Assembly (NCBI RefSeq): GCF_006345805.1
Contig: NC_043003.1
Location: 97,960,001 to 98,024,000, forward strand
Length of the DNA stretch: 64,000 nucleotides
Direction of reading: 5' to 3'
Source: Octopus sinensis
Taxonomy: Eukaryota
The position numbers and the translations under genes are program-made. A model generated the notes under the pieces. It was not told the origin of the DNA, searched no databases, and saw only the letters and a program-made list of their open reading frames with translations. This document shows positions 50,581 to 64,000 of this stretch, piece by piece. Position 1 is the first letter of the stretch. Every line of letters starts with the position of its first letter.

Positions 50581-50999
50581 TGATTGATTGATTCTAGTTT
50601 CAGCTCATGAGTTGTGACCATGCTGGGGCACCGCCATATATTTATATATATATATATATATATATGTACACAACAGGATTCCATAGTTTCCGTCTACCAA
50701 ATTCACTCAGCAGGCATTGGTCGACTCGGAACTATAATAGAAGACACTTGCTCAAGATGCCGCGCAAAGCGAACTTCTAAACCACACAGATGCCCGCGCA
50801 CATCATTATCATCATCATCATCATCATCATCAAATTAATTATCAATATCACGCACACAAAGGGTGCTCTACAGAGTAATAAAACGCAACATTAATTCAAC
50901 TTGTAAAATATCATGAAAACTTATACAAAATTATTGAAAATTTATCTCGATATTTTATAGATCTTCCTTTAGCTAATACCATGGGTTTCATTTGATTCG

Positions 51000-51200
51000 G
51001 CAAAGATTTGATTAAATTATCAATAGCGTAATTGACTCTTGTTCATCCAGTACAATACATATGTTTTCATGTGTGTTGTATTGGATCAAGATTGAGGTTT
51101 TGAGCAACCTATTTCAGGGATTTCCCCCTACCAAGTTGGTGATATTTTGCTTGTGTGGCATGGGATTTCATCTTCTTGAAAAAGTCTTATCAATTCCTAC
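51000..51200 (-). pseudogene. Highly degenerate Tc1-like transposase fragment
   Basis: Minus-strand frames give QEDEIPCHTSKI and AQNLNLDPIQHT*, resembling QQDNAPCHTA and AQSPDLNPIEHLW. Confidence 0.5.
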
Positions 51201-51384
51201 ATTGAAATGGATTGATAATAAATGATTTTAAAATAAATTTTTAACCAAAATGGGCTCTGACCTAGACGTCCCCCAAAACGGTATCCCTCTACAATAATTC
51301 CAAAACCCTTATAACTTAACTGTTCCTTGTACATAATCTAACTCTTATACTTCAATTTTGTTGCGCCTCACAATATATTTACTC

Positions 51385-51790
51385 TTTTTTTTTCTTACTC
51401 TTTTTACTTGTTTCAGTCATTTGACTGCGGCCATGCTGGAGCACCGCCTGTAGTCGAGCAACTCGACCCCGGGACTTATTCTTTTGTAAGCCCAGTACTT
51501 ATTATATCGGTCTCTTTTGCCGAACCGCTAAGTGACGGGGACGTAAACACACCAGCATCAGTTGTCAAGCAATGCAGGGGGACAAACACAAATACACACG
51601 CACACATACATATATATATATACATATATACGACGGGCTTCTTTCAGTTTCCGTCTACCAAATCCACTCACAAGGCATTGGTCGGCCCGAGGCTATAGTA
51701 GAAGACACTTGCCCAAGGTGCCACGCAATGGGACTGATCCCGGAACCATGTGGTTGGTAAACAAGCTACTTACCACACAGCCACTCCTGC
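51385..51790 (-). mobile_element. SINE family B
   Basis: Family motifs and tail. Confidence 0.9.
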
Positions 51791-52013
51791 TTTGAAATTA
51801 AGAGTTTATAGAATTTGCTTTGATCACACTATATCGTTGACGACCAAAAAACTAATATTCCATGTTGCAGATCTCTTTAGTCCAGCTGAACTTTATAGCC
51901 TTATCTTTTGAAATCAATGGTTTCTTTCTTGCAATTCTTCGTTCCTATCCAAAGATTTTCGGTAGTGTTCTTACACAATATGACGACATATCCATTGAAT
52001 TTACCAACCTCTC

Positions 52014-52395
52014 TGGAAGCACTCCGTCAGTTACGACGACGAGGGTTCCGGTTGATCCGAATCAACGGAACAGCCTGCTCGTGAAATTAACGTGTAAGTG
52101 GCTGAGCACTCCACAGACATGTGTACCCTTAACGTAGTTCTCGGGGATATTCAGCATGACACAGAGAGTGACAAGGCCGGCCCTTTGAAATACAGGTACA
52201 ACAGAAACAGGAAGAAAGAGTGAGAGAAATTTGTGGTGAAAGAGTACAGCAGGGATCACCACCATCCCCTGCCGGAGCCTCGTGGAGCTTTAGGTGTTTT
52301 CGCTCAATAAACACTCACAACGCCCGGTCTGGGAATCGAAACCGCGATCCTACGACCGCGAGTCCGCTGCCCTAACCACTGGCCATTGCGCCTCC
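52014..52395 (-). mobile_element. Full-length SINE family C with a third type of 3' end
   Basis: Head as at 12282; 3' end GGAACCCTCGTCGTCGTAACTGACGGAGTGCTTCCA. Confidence 0.85.
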
Positions 52396-52804
52396 ACTAA
52401 CGTTTAATAACTTCTCTCTTACTTGCCTTCTTTGTTCTCTCAGAAGTCGCCTGCGGTCTCCCAGATTTCTTCTTAGTTTGGCAATGCACCTACTTGAATC
52501 CATTTCTTGACAGCTATCCATCCACTGATGAGTAATACAAAAAAAAAACGGAGTTATCTCTCTCTCTGTTGGTCTTTCCATAATGTTTACTAACCATGCC
52601 TTTGTGAAAATTCATCAACTTCAAGTTTTTCTTCTAATTTTGTTTTCTTTTTAATCGTTGAGTTTCAGCAAATTAAAGTTGGAATTCATTCAAAAATAAT
52701 TAAATTCTTATTAAATATCTGCAAAGAGAAAATGGATCTAATTACTAACAAGAAAATAAAAATGAAAAATTAGAAAGTGACTAAAAAGAATTTCGAAGCT
52801 ATGC

Positions 52805-52845
<41 letters not shown>

Positions 52846-53412
52846 CCAGCGATATGGGGGGATCTTCAACTACTGATGTAGACTTAGAGGCTCCTCGTGA
52901 TTTGGTTACTTTCCTTTTACTTGGCGGAGCCCATCTCTCTCGGGGTCCAAATACAGTAGGTTTCTTTAAGAGAAAGAGAGGGGAGAGTGTCGACCACATT
53001 TCTTAACTGGTACAAGCCGTGACCATCTTGTCGACTCCTGCAAGGATGAAAGGGCGATGTTTTGATGAAAGGTTGAGTTGGCCTCGGTTGGAGAGAGCTG
53101 GAACCGAATATCACAAAACATTATCTCTGATGTAACAACTCTACAAATTAACCGACTTTGTTCGTGTGTGAGGCACCGAATTATTGACTATAATGCCTCT
53201 GCGGTTCGAGTTCAACTTTGCCCTTCATTCTTCTGGGCCGATAAAAAGTACTAAATAGAGCGATGGATTGCTGGAACCGATGGGAGTCAGACAAAAGATA
53301 TCTTTCGGTATGCGTACCAGCTCTTTGCTTTACCAGGCGCTATTAGCTCGAACCGACGGCCTTTCTCTTGGAAAAACATCGGCTGCGTGGAATCAGAAGG
53401 CACTTGCATATA

Positions 53413-53916
53413 CCCTAAATCTTCGAGTATAATCCGCACTTTTTTCCCAAAATTTTAAGGTCAAAATCCCTAGTGCGAACTATATACGAGGTTAAAAATG
53501 AAAAATATTTTCTAAGCAATGTCCAAGTCTCTATTTGCAGTCTGGCAATGTTTATTCAGACACATTTTGTGATGTCGGGCGCGCAAATACCTTAAGCTAA
53601 GCCTGAAAGCAATGAAGTCATAAAGAATCATCCATAACTTGCAGTAAGCAACATTTATTAAAATAAAAGTATTCAGAATACAGAATAACATGTAACAGAA
53701 ACAATTTGCAAACATATTTACATTCCCATATAACAGTTAAGAACATCACCATTATTGTATTACGCATGCGCGGAAGTGTTTGTTCGACTAGGTGCTGCTG
53801 GCTTAATTACGCACGACTCAAGTTAGAGAAGAGGTGTGTATTATACACAAGGTTTAGGTTTTTCAGAAGTACAGCCCCCTAAAAACCCCCTGCGTATTAT
53901 ACTCAAGGATTTACGG
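53413..53916. mobile_element. pogo-like MITE
   Basis: TA|CCCTAAATCTTCGAGTATAATCCGCA versus TGCGTATTATACTCAAGGATTTACGG|TA. Confidence 0.8.
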
Positions 53917-55144
53917 TATATAGGCAACTGCTAGTCTTCCCGAAAATAATGTTGGCGTGGCCTGCATATACATGTAAGATGCATAGTCGTGATGAAAATT
54001 ATTTACGTTCATAACTACAATGAAAAACCAAAGTATTACAGGTAGTTTACAACCGAACAGCACTTCCACTTTCTTCATATCCCTTCTTTACACCCAGCCA
54101 ATGTAGTTCGCGGTACACTTGTCTCTGTAGAGAGCTTCGTGGTTAGCATGCTTTTTATCACGCCCGTTTGAATAGAGCCGACCTTGAACGAAACACTCAT
54201 GTGCCAATCGTCTTTGAAGACTCTGTATGGTTGCTCGACTTGCTAGAAATAGCCGTCACATCTCAGTAAAAGCACACTAATTTTTTAAAAGGTGGTATTG
54301 TGGTTACTTGTGCCGAATATACGAAGAGGAAGTCACAATTGGAACATCTTTAATCCTAGTCGTGTTTGCTCAATCAAAAATGTATTCTTGTACTTTGTAA
54401 TACACACACACACACACGTGTATAATGTGTATATAACATGGGCGATCCTTCGTTTTTGATCTCCATAGTGTCGGTGTGATGAGGCGACGTCATTCACCCT
54501 CTTTTTCAGCCTAACCTCTTTATGTCCTGATGGAAGGTTGTGTGGGTGAATGACGTCGTGTACCAATACCGAAGGATTGCTATATACCAAGCCCTGGCAA
54601 AAGTTTATTGTGTTTGTATACCCCTTCTCGAATTCGTTTCTTCATAATTTTCTTAATCACATTTTTCAACGAAATTTTACAAGTACGTTTTCAAATGTGT
54701 AAGTGACGATCGTGTACATAGGATTTATTTTGAATTTTTGAATTTTTTATTCACAAAGAAAATAATTTCAATAGCTTTGCTTTCTCGTGATCGTTGCACA
54801 ATGGAAAACATATCCTGACTGATATAAATTTTCACCATGGAATTGGAAGGCGCGGCGGGAAAAAAAATTTCGATATGTTAATAGTAGGCTCAAAGTAAAA
54901 CTGAGAATTTTATTGTTATTGTCCTACGCTTTCCAAATTCAACTTAATGAATGGCATCAACCAGGATAAAGTCACAGACTTTTCATGTGCAATCATGAGC
55001 AAGGAATTCAATTTTATTTCTATCAATATAATCGTAATCTACACTTTCAAAAAAATGCGTTGACATGTTACCGTCGTGAAAAAGCGAAAGTAAATTGTCC
55101 TAAAAATTGAAGTATATTGCGATAGATGTACATTAGTTCAATTA

Positions 55145-55557
55145 TCTTTATATATAAAATCTTTATATATAAAAGTGAAGTTGTGTGTCTGTCTCCTACG
55201 ATTTAGATTCCTAACTACTCCCACATTTTACGGTGCAGTGTAACCAAAAGCGGGCATCTTATAGTCGTGATTCATATCGAGCCCTTCTGGGTATTAGCGC
55301 GCGTCTACGATGAGTCTACGATTTAAAAAAAAATTTACCATCATTTTTTTCCCATTTTTAATCCATTTTTTTTTGCTATTATATAAGGGAAGTAACTCCC
55401 TAAAAATGTATTATTAAATCTCAGAACGTAAAAAGCTACTGTAACACCCCCCTTTGTGGTTAGCCATATTGAGATGGCTATTATACTTTACATCTCTAAA
55501 AATGTTTATATAGTTATTTCCCTTACAAACCCGAGCAACGCCGGGCGATACTGCTAG
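55145..55557 (+). mobile_element. Helitron-like family H1 copy with a duplicated 5' terminus
   Basis: A|TCTTTATATATAAAA occurs twice; 3' CCCGAGCAACGCCGGG...CTAG|T. Confidence 0.85.
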
Positions 55558-55946
55558 TTAATTATAAAATCAAATGGCTCTTAAAAGAGGAATTGGCTTG
55601 TATATTACGAGTGAATCCACATAAACAATGCCCCTTTTTTTATGACGCTAAACTACATTTATCACTGCATAATTTCGTTAGGAAATTTTTTTTAAATGCG
55701 ATATTAAAAATATTTAGCAGCGAGCTGGCAGAGTCGTTAGCACGCCAGGCGAAACACTTAGCGGCGTTCCTTCTGCCTTCACGTTCTAAGTTCAGATTCC
55801 TCTGAGCTCTACTTTGCCCTTCATCCTTTCGAGGTACTAGTCGAGTACTGTAGTCCATCGATTAATGCTTATCTTCAAAATTGTTGGCCTTGTGCATAAA
55901 TTAAACAATATAGAAGAAGGCTGTAAAGAAACAGTTGGTATTGAGC

Positions 55947-56959
55947 CAGGGCCGGCTCAAGGTACCGGCAACTAGGGCAGTCGTCCGGGGCGCGAAATTT
56001 TTTCCCATGAGAGTTACGGACACCAGTTATGAACTTATTTGCAAACAGCCAATCAGAGCTCAACTATCAAACTAATTTATGAGCGCATAACAAGTGATGG
56101 GCGATTTAAGATAAGATTACTTGGGTAAGGAATGACCTTGCTTCTTGTTTGATAATGCTTTTGTTCTTGTTTCAACCATCGCTGCCTCTACGTAGTTATC
56201 TGTGTTGTTTATTTCGTAAAACAGTAAGGGTTGCTAGCACATCACCCTCTACCCACATTTTCCCCATCCACATCTTTACTATATGGGGCCCTAACAAAAT
56301 CCGATAATTGGTATAGATGCAAATCTAATTACTTCGCTTTGGGATTTGCTTTGTAAGATTCTTTATGTGAGTTCGTGTGTTGAAGCATATTCTGGTGTCT
56401 GGGGAGAGTCATTTTCTTTTTGTGCCTTATAATTTAACACACTCACCGGTAAAATTTCCACTTATTTTTATTTTCCTAAAATTTTCGATGCGTCTTGCAA
56501 CCTTTTCAATAGTCTTGAAAAGGTTGCAAGACACAACGAAAATTTTGGGGAAATAAAAATAAGAAATAAGTGGAAATTTTACCAGTGAGTGTGTTAAATT
56601 ATAAGGCACAAAAAGAAAATAACTCTACCCAGACAACAGAATATCTAATTACTTATCTCCTTCAAAAATCAGGCATAACTTAGCGATCGGTTGACTTACA
56701 ACACCGTTCTTTGTCTTCAGTTTACTTGGTAGAGTGTGTTAACTTGACACGGTTAAGGTGAGCACTGATTCGCTGTATGCAAATGAATTCATCTCTGGGG
56801 TCCGGAACTCTCATAGGAAAAACAATTTCGCGTCCGGAGCACCATGTGTTTTTTAGTCTACATTTTCAGTTTTTCTCCTGAAAGTTTTAAAAAATTATAC
56901 TTGTAAGGGCGCCGAAGTTCAGCTTGCCCGGGGTACCAACAACCTTAGGGCCAACCCTG
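55947..56959. mobile_element. hAT-type non-autonomous element
   Basis: TIR CAGGGCCGGCTC/GGGCCAACCCTG; 8-bp TSD TATTGAGC/TGTTGAGC. Confidence 0.8.
56387..56644. mobile_element. Foldback element of 258 bp nested in the hAT element
   Basis: Near-perfect palindrome centred on TTTTCAA-tagtc-TTGAAAA. Confidence 0.85.
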
Positions 56960-56977
56960 TGTTGAGCACGGTATCAA

Positions 56978-57207
56978 GGCGGCGACCTGGCAGAACCGTT
57001 AGCACGCCGGGCGAAATGCATAGCCGTATTTCGTCTGCCGTTACGTTCTGAGTTCAAATTCCGCCGAGGTCGACTTTGCCTTTCATCCTTCCGGGGTCGA
57101 TAAATTAAGTACCAGTTACGCACTGGGTCGATGTAATCGACTTAATCCGTTTGTCTGTCCTTGTTTGTCCCCTCTATATTTAGCCCCTTGTGGGTAATAA
57201 AGAAACA
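56978..57207 (+). mobile_element. SINE family A with TSD
   Basis: GGTATCAA on both flanks. Confidence 0.9.
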
Positions 57208-57834
57208 GGTATCAAACCTGATGGAGCTGTCCTTTATGATTTAAAAAAAAATCATTGCAGTCGGATTCTGTAGTCTTTATATTATGTATGTCATGCACCC
57301 TTTACTTATTTAAGATGTTAAGATTTGATTAGAGTGAAATTTGGCTTACTATTTCAAGCACATCAAATAGCATACATGCCTTTCGTTGGCTCTTTGAAAA
57401 ATAAAAAAGGTTGTATTATAATGTTGGTGATTTCCTTGTCCTTGTGGCAAAATCAGGAAACCGTTAACATTACCCCCTTATCATCCCCGCCACCACTTCA
57501 TTATTATATGTTGTCGTTTACCTCCAAATCCAGCAAATCTATCATTAAAGACATTACAATATATCGCACAATGTACCCTTTTTTTTTTCATAGACGATAC
57601 AGTTGTGATTCGAAAGAGAGTTTTGGGGCTATTTTTTGTAGATCGAACGTCCACATTGAGGCTCCCTAGTTGGCTCACTTAATGTTTATTAAGGCGGTGG
57701 AATTGGCGCAAACGTTAAGACAGATATGGTTGTTGTTAAACCTCGGATGTGCTACGATCAAGCTAGCCTATGATGATAGAGTTCCGGTCATTACCGTTTT
57801 TGTTTGTTTTTCGTTCTTTTTCTCAAACATAGTA

Positions 57835-58225
57835 TACGGCTGTGTGGTAAGTAGCTTGCTAACCAACCACATGGTTCCGGGTTCAGTCCCACTGCGTGGC
57901 ATCTTGGGCAAGTGTCTTCTGCTATAGCCCCGGGCCGACCAATGCCTTGTGAGTGGATTTGGTAGACGGAAACTGAAAGAAGCCTGTCGTATATATGTAT
58001 ATATATATGTGTTTGTGTGTCTGTGTTTGTCCCCCTAGCATTGCTTGACAACCGATGCTGGTGTGTTTACGACCCCGTCACTTAGCGGTTCGGTAAAAGA
58101 GACCGATAGAATAAGTACTGGGCTTACAAAGAATAAGTCCCATGGTCGATTTGATCGACTAAAGGCGGTGCTCCAGCATGGCCGCAGTCAAATGACTGAA
58201 ACAAGTAAAAGAGTAAAAGAGAGTA
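57835..58225 (+). mobile_element. SINE family B
   Basis: Family motifs and GAGTAAAA tail. Confidence 0.9.
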
Positions 58226-59544
58226 TGACCCTTACTCTTGTCTTGTTTGTTTCTTTTTAAGACTGGAGATCGAACTACTATTTTTTGCAGATATCGTGAA
58301 CACGTAGAGACTCCCTGTTGGCTCATTCAAACATCGTAATGAGAAAAGAAACTAAAATGAGCCGAGGGTTAAGGTGGTGGTGGTGTCGGTGATGGTGGTA
58401 AAATAATGAAGTAAAAGACTGCCTTTACTTAACCCATCTTTTCTTTATCATAGCTGTCATATTGTGGTACCCTTCTGATCCGCTTTTCTCTTTGTTTTTT
58501 TTTTTTTGTTTTTTTTCTTCTTCTTCCCCGTCCCCTCAAGTTTCCTGTTTCTATATAACATACCAGCAACCGTTTTGTTGATGGACGAGCTAACGTTGTC
58601 TTGTCGGTTGATTTGTCGGACAATCTCGGTCAGCCTTGCCGTCTTTGCCTAACCACCAGCCCAGCTCCTCCCCTGAAATATTGTTTTTCTTTTCTGCTCT
58701 CTTTTCTTCTCTTCCTACGCCCCCTCCCCCTCATTATTCTTTCACAGTCAGTCAGCTTTCTTGCTCTCTTTTCTTCCTCCCTCCACTTTTTATTTTTTAT
58801 TTCTTCTTTTTCAAACATCCATAGCAAACTCTCTTGTCACTTAGTCCTCCTAGCAAACACTTACTTCCTTAAATAGATCTGTCCAACCAAGGCTAAGCAT
58901 TCGCTCACATCAATACTAACACCACCATACAACTGCCGCTATCACCAACATTAACCATCGTCGCGAATACCACCACCACCACCACTACCACTATTTCCAT
59001 TTAACTTCCTTACTTAGATTACAACGACCACCTCCTCACTGTCGACACTCACTAATCAAAAGCGTTTCAGCTTGTCTTTTTTTCTTCAAACAGAATATCT
59101 AAGATTACATTTGCCATTATAGACTTCGATTTTCCTTTTCCGTGTCTTTTTTTTTTTAAGGCAGAACTGAAATTGAGGGAGAACTGGTTGCTATCTCTAG
59201 TAGATGGGCAACTACGTAGAAGCTCTCTTTGTTGGCTCCATAAGAATATTTGTGTGAATTAATTATTCGACTCCCACCTCGTCGACCCTGAGTTCAAATC
59301 CAGCCATAGTCATCACTCATAAACTGGTAGAATGTATTCGTTGTTTTGCTAGTTCTCTCCCTTGATATTCCCTTGACCTTGAGAATCATCAAAACTTGAA
59401 GGGAAAAGGGCTGTACTAGCACTAGGATATTTTTACTTTAGTATACGTAACACTTGTTTCAATTCACCCATATTTGCTGCTTAGGGACATAATCATTATT
59501 GTCAGATCTTTTGGGGAGTATCCTCTTTGGTAAATAATCAGAGC

Positions 59545-59685
59545 GGTTTCATGTGGAAGAGATCTCCACAATTGTTCAAGCTCACCACTTTGGAATCTTG
59601 GTACTTTTCTCCAATTTGAAGAGGAAAACCAAGATTTCAAAGTGCTGAGCTTAAACAATTGTAGAGATCTCTATCACATGAAACC
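59545..59685. repeat. Isolated 141-bp hairpin (arms of about 57 bp)
   Basis: GGTTTCATGTG..AGAGATCTCCACAATTGTTCAAGCTCACCACTTTGGAATCTTGG versus its reverse complement at 59629-59685, about 6 mismatches. Confidence 0.85.
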
Positions 59686-59902
59686 ATTGATTGCCTTATT
59701 AATCCACAAGTAACATATATATATTATCACCACCATTGTCAGTTTTATGTCCATTTTCCATACTAGCATAGCTTAGGTAAAACTTTTTTAAGCTGGATGT
59801 ATTTTTTGTTCCACCAGTTATCACATGCCTGCTTTATTATGGAGAAAGTAATCAATGTGACACTCTCACACATGCATGCATTTATATGATAGGCTCCTTA
59901 AA

Positions 59903-60132
59903 GGCGGCGAGCTGGCAGAAACGTTAGCACACCGGGCGAAATGCTTAGCGGTATTTCGTCTGTTGTTAGGTTCTGAGTTCAAATTCCGCCGAGGTCAACT
60001 TTGCATTTCATCCTTTCGGGGTCGATAAATAAAGTACCAGTTTTGCACTGGGGTCGATGTAATCGACTTAATCTGTTTGTCTGTCCTTATTTGTCCCCTC
60101 TATGTTTTGCCCCTTGTGGACAATAAAGAAAT
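59903..60132 (+). mobile_element. SINE family A with a TSD of about 17 bp
   Basis: TATATGATAGG(C/T)TCCTT on both flanks. Confidence 0.9.
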
Positions 60133-62239
60133 ATATGATAGGTTCCTTCATAGTTTCCTGCCAATTTCACTCATAAGATATTGGTTGGCTCAAGGCTATA
60201 GTAGAAAACACATCAAAACCATGTGATGCAAAGCAAATGATGTAACCACATAGCCTTGCCTATGCCTATCATATATATATATATGTATGTGTTTGTCCTG
60301 AGCATGACTTCAAACTGCATCAGTTTATGGGGCCCTGGTTCAGGAATTCCAGGGTTTTGAGGAATATGGAACCATCTCTTAGCCTCTATTGTTCCCAGGT
60401 CTTTTCTGACCCAGAGTAGTAGCTCCTGTCAGAGCCCCAGCTATAAGTTAATTAGCACATTAGGGTTTGCCTACTTATGCATGTGAAGGCTGGATCTAGT
60501 GGATTCTGTTGAAGAAACTTTCATGGTTTAGAGGAGTGCAGAAAGCAAGATGAGGCAATTTAAGACATCTTGGGTCATTCACTGTGTCCTTTTCCATCCC
60601 CAGTTGTCTTGACCTGGTCTTACCATTAGATTAAATATGGTCACAGACAAGGGAGTGAGGTTAACAGAGGTCACCACACAAGTCATCAGTCACCCCTGAG
60701 AATGTTCTCGTCGTTCCAATGGATAAACAAATATGTGTACGTATATGTATGAAATGTTACTATATTCATGTCATTTGTAAATAACTAGCTGGCCCCGTGC
60801 CATCAAAAATGACGGCTAATTGTAGTATTTTATACATAAATATAGATGGTAAATCAAATTGATACACTTGTCAATGTTCACGTACGTTCACATACTTCCT
60901 TTGTACACACAGACACACACATACTCACACAGAGTTTGGAACGCTGTTTGATTTTTCTTTTCGGTGTTGAATGTTCACCATCCCACTTCCATTGCACACA
61001 CACACACACAAACATTCACATATCTCCATTTTTACATACACACACATATACTCACACAGAGTTGAAACCCCCTTTGATTTTTTTTCACCCCTTCCTTCCT
61101 TATTCATCTATCATCCCTTCCTTTCTTATTCATATGTTGTGATGGCAGGAAACACAAGAGTGTTATTATTGTAGATTATAACATGTGACTCTTCATAAGG
61201 CACATAACTCTGCTCGCTCCAGTTTGCTTGACTGACAAAAGACAAGTTTCAGTCCTCTTTATGGTTGAGTTGTTTTGGCAGTAGAGAAAGCAATTTCTCA
61301 AGCAATAAATAAATAAATAAATAAAAATAATGGTATAATATAAGCCATTGTAAAACAGAACAATGGATGTTTTTTACATGCTAATGTAAGAATTATTGGA
61401 AATAGTCTGTAGCACATATTGAAGGATTTCTCTTGAGTCAGATGACATTAAAAAAAATTCTTGGAATAAAAACATGCTCTGCTTTGTTGCTTGGTTATTA
61501 TAAATTCCTGCCTCTGTGTTGGGTAGTGGGGGGGGGGCAGAAGAACTCTACTGTCTTGGGAGGTGGCATGTGTATTTATAGTCTGCTGAGTCATGCAACA
61601 TGTCTATCTGTTAGAGAAGGTGGAAGGACAAAGCAGTCATGTGAGTCTGGTTTTAACTAATCAGTCGTTTGGCGGCGGAGAAAGACAGAGACAGACAGAA
61701 ACAGAGGGACAGAGATAGAGAGACAGGGGAAAGAGAGAAAAAGAGAGGGACTATCCGAACCCTACTCTATGCACAGCCAACAGGATGACAGTGACAGGAA
61801 TCTATTGTTTGGTCCTAGCATTCTCAGTGCTGATTCCTGTGACATGAAAAACATTCTTCTGTAATCTTTTGTTCCATTCAACACAAAGCCCTTTTCTTAC
61901 ATATTTTGATTTCTTTATTTTGTATTGTTGTTGTTGTTGTTGTTGTTGCTTAATTAAGTTTTTTTTCAGCAGCATATCAGCTGCACCAGTTTTTAGTTTG
62001 ATCAAGCAAACAAGGTGACATCCTACTAATGAGTTCATTTACATTCATTACTTGTTCATAATATTTATTGGGGTAAAAAAAAAAAAGAAACATATCAGTC
62101 ATGCCAGTTTTTGCTTCTTATGAAATAATTAAGTATTTATTACTCCTCATCTTTTATTGCTATGATCATGTATACCTATAGAATTATATGTCGTATCAAT
62201 ATATGTCACTGTTTGTATATTATATTTGTGTATATTTCA

Positions 62240-62625
62240 TCATCATCATCATTTAGCGTCCACTTTCCATGCTAGCATGGGTTGGACGGTTCAACTGGGG
62301 TCTGGGAAGCCAGAAGGCTGCACCAGGCCCAGTCTGATCTGGCAGTGTTTCTACAGCTGGATGCCCTTCCTAACGCCAACCACTCCATGAGTGTAGTGGG
62401 TACTTTTTACGTGCCACCAGCACAGGTGCCAGACGGGGCTGGCAAACGGCCACGGTCGGATGGTGCTTTTTACGTGCCACCGGCACAGGTGCCAGACGGG
62501 GTTGGCAAACGGCCACAATTGGATGGTGCTCTTTACGTGCCAGACGGGGCTGGCAAACGGCCACGGTCGGATGGTGCATTTTACGTGCCACCGGCACGGG
62601 GGCCAGGCGAGGCTGGCAACAGCCA
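62240..62625 (-). mobile_element. SINE or RTE-tail-like element with an (ATG)n tail and an internal tandem repeat of about 63 bp
   Basis: (CAT)n at 62240; GGATGCCCTTCCTAACGCCAACC; unit TTTTACGTGCCACCGGCACAGGTGCCAGACGGGGCTGGCAAACGGCCACGGTCGGATGGTGC present about 3.5 times. Confidence 0.7.
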
Positions 62626-62779
62626 GGAGTGTATAATCATTTTATACCCACTTTTCCATGTTGGCATAGGTTGGACAGGTTTTCTATGGCAGTTTTTCAT
62701 AGCCAGATGCCTGTCTTGTCACCAACCCTTTTAATCACTTGTACTTAGGAACACAACTTGCATATTCTAAAACTGATAT

Positions 62780-62957
62780 TGACTGTGGCCATGCTGGAGC
62801 ACCGCCTTTAGTCGAGCAAATCGACCCCAGGACTTATTCTTTGTAAGCCCAGTACTTATTTTGTCGAACCGCTAAGTTATGGGGACGTAAACACATCAGC
62901 ATTGGTTGTCAAGCAATGTTGGGGGGACAAACACAGACACACAAACATACACACACG

Positions 62958-62997
<40 letters not shown>

Positions 62998-63165
62998 TAC
63001 GACGGGCTTCTTTCAGTTTCTGTCTACCAAATCCACTCACAAGGCTTTGGTCGGCCTGAGGCTATAGTAGAAGACACTTGCCCAAGATGCCACGCAGTGG
63101 GACTGAACCCGGAACCATGTGGTTGGTAAGCAAGCTACTTATCACACAGCCACTCCTGCGCCTAT
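62780..63165 (-). mobile_element. SINE family B
   Basis: Family motifs. Confidence 0.88.
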
Positions 63166-63519
63166 ATATATATATATATATATATATATTGTGTGTGTGT
63201 GTGTGTATGTATAGATAGATAATCTATAGATATATATAGAGGGGGGGGGGAGAAAGAGTGGTGTGTGTGTGTGTGTGCATATATATTACATATACACAAA
63301 AGATACACTTATTAACAAAAGATGTGAAAAAACAGAAAGAAGTCTTGGAGTAAATAAGTCAAGAAAAGCATACCAGATAGTTAAAGATCCATCTAAAAAA
63401 TGAGTACTTCAATGTGAAGTTGTTGAAGATAAATATGGCAAGGTAAATATGGCAACCTTCTCTGGCTGATAGGGAGATTAGCGTGAGGAACTTCATGCCA
63501 CAAAGCAGAAGTAGATAGC

Positions 63520-63830
63520 AATATGCTAAAACAATTAAGAAAGCAAGTCTATTTTAATATACAAGAACCTAAAATTACTTCAGAAGTTACACAAGCAATT
63601 AGGAAAGTGAAGTGTAATAAATCGTTAAGAACAGATAAAACATACAAAAACCAATGTTTTTTTTTGTTTTTTTTCTCTCTATCTCAGACTGTTGGGAGGG
63701 AGAGACGAAATTATCATCATACAAGAGGTTCGGCCTAATGCTTGTAAACAGTGAACTTCTACACTGAAGACACTCAAGGTGCCTAATGATGCTGTTAAAC
63801 AGGGAGATGGATTAAGTTTACTACCCATAT
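63520..63830 (+). pseudogene. Very degenerate LINE RT N-terminal fragment
   Basis: QEPKITSEVTQAIRKVKCNKSLRTD resembles EPxITxxEVxxAIxxxKxxKSPGxD. Confidence 0.4.
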
Positions 63831-64000
63831 AAGCCATGGTTAGAATTTGAATTTGGAAGACTCATAACAAATACTGCAAGGCATCCAGTCCAATGTTCCT
63901 ATAGTTCTGCTAATCCACCATTCTAAATTAGTGCTTTTTTTTTATTGACCCAAAAAGATGAAAAGCAAAGTTGACTTCAGTGAGATTGAACACAAAACCA

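Noticed and set aside
59464-59658. 64-aa minus-strand ORF with splice-like ends
   Set aside because: It coincides with a 141-bp inverted repeat and has no recognisable domain.

Overview
AT-rich, repeat-saturated animal genomic DNA. The SINE, MITE and microsatellite complement looks like a coleoid cephalopod, probably Octopus (inferred from recalled repeat families, not proven). No intact host protein-coding gene is recognisable, and most of the ORF track is microsatellite translation. Identifiable content: one canonical tRNA-Pro(AGG) gene; a near-intact Penelope-like retroelement (RT + GIY-YIG, one frameshift) with a minimal U3-A8 hammerhead; an internally deleted CsRn1-like Ty3/Gypsy element with both LTRs; RTE-type LINE fragments; three or more tRNA-derived SINE families; non-autonomous Helitron-like elements; and nested foldback MITEs. 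The standout is a 3.4-kb array of a 489-490 bp unit (12606-16023): five direct copies plus a head-to-head inverted arm of about 1.9 copies. Every unit carries a complete type I hammerhead ribozyme (GUA cleavage site) with an unusually long, G-U-rich extended stem II, set in a monomer predicted to be highly structured. This is a candidate retrozyme or circular-RNA-forming ribozyme satellite, possibly mobilised by Penelope-like elements. All structures were paired by hand; no folding or database searches were run.
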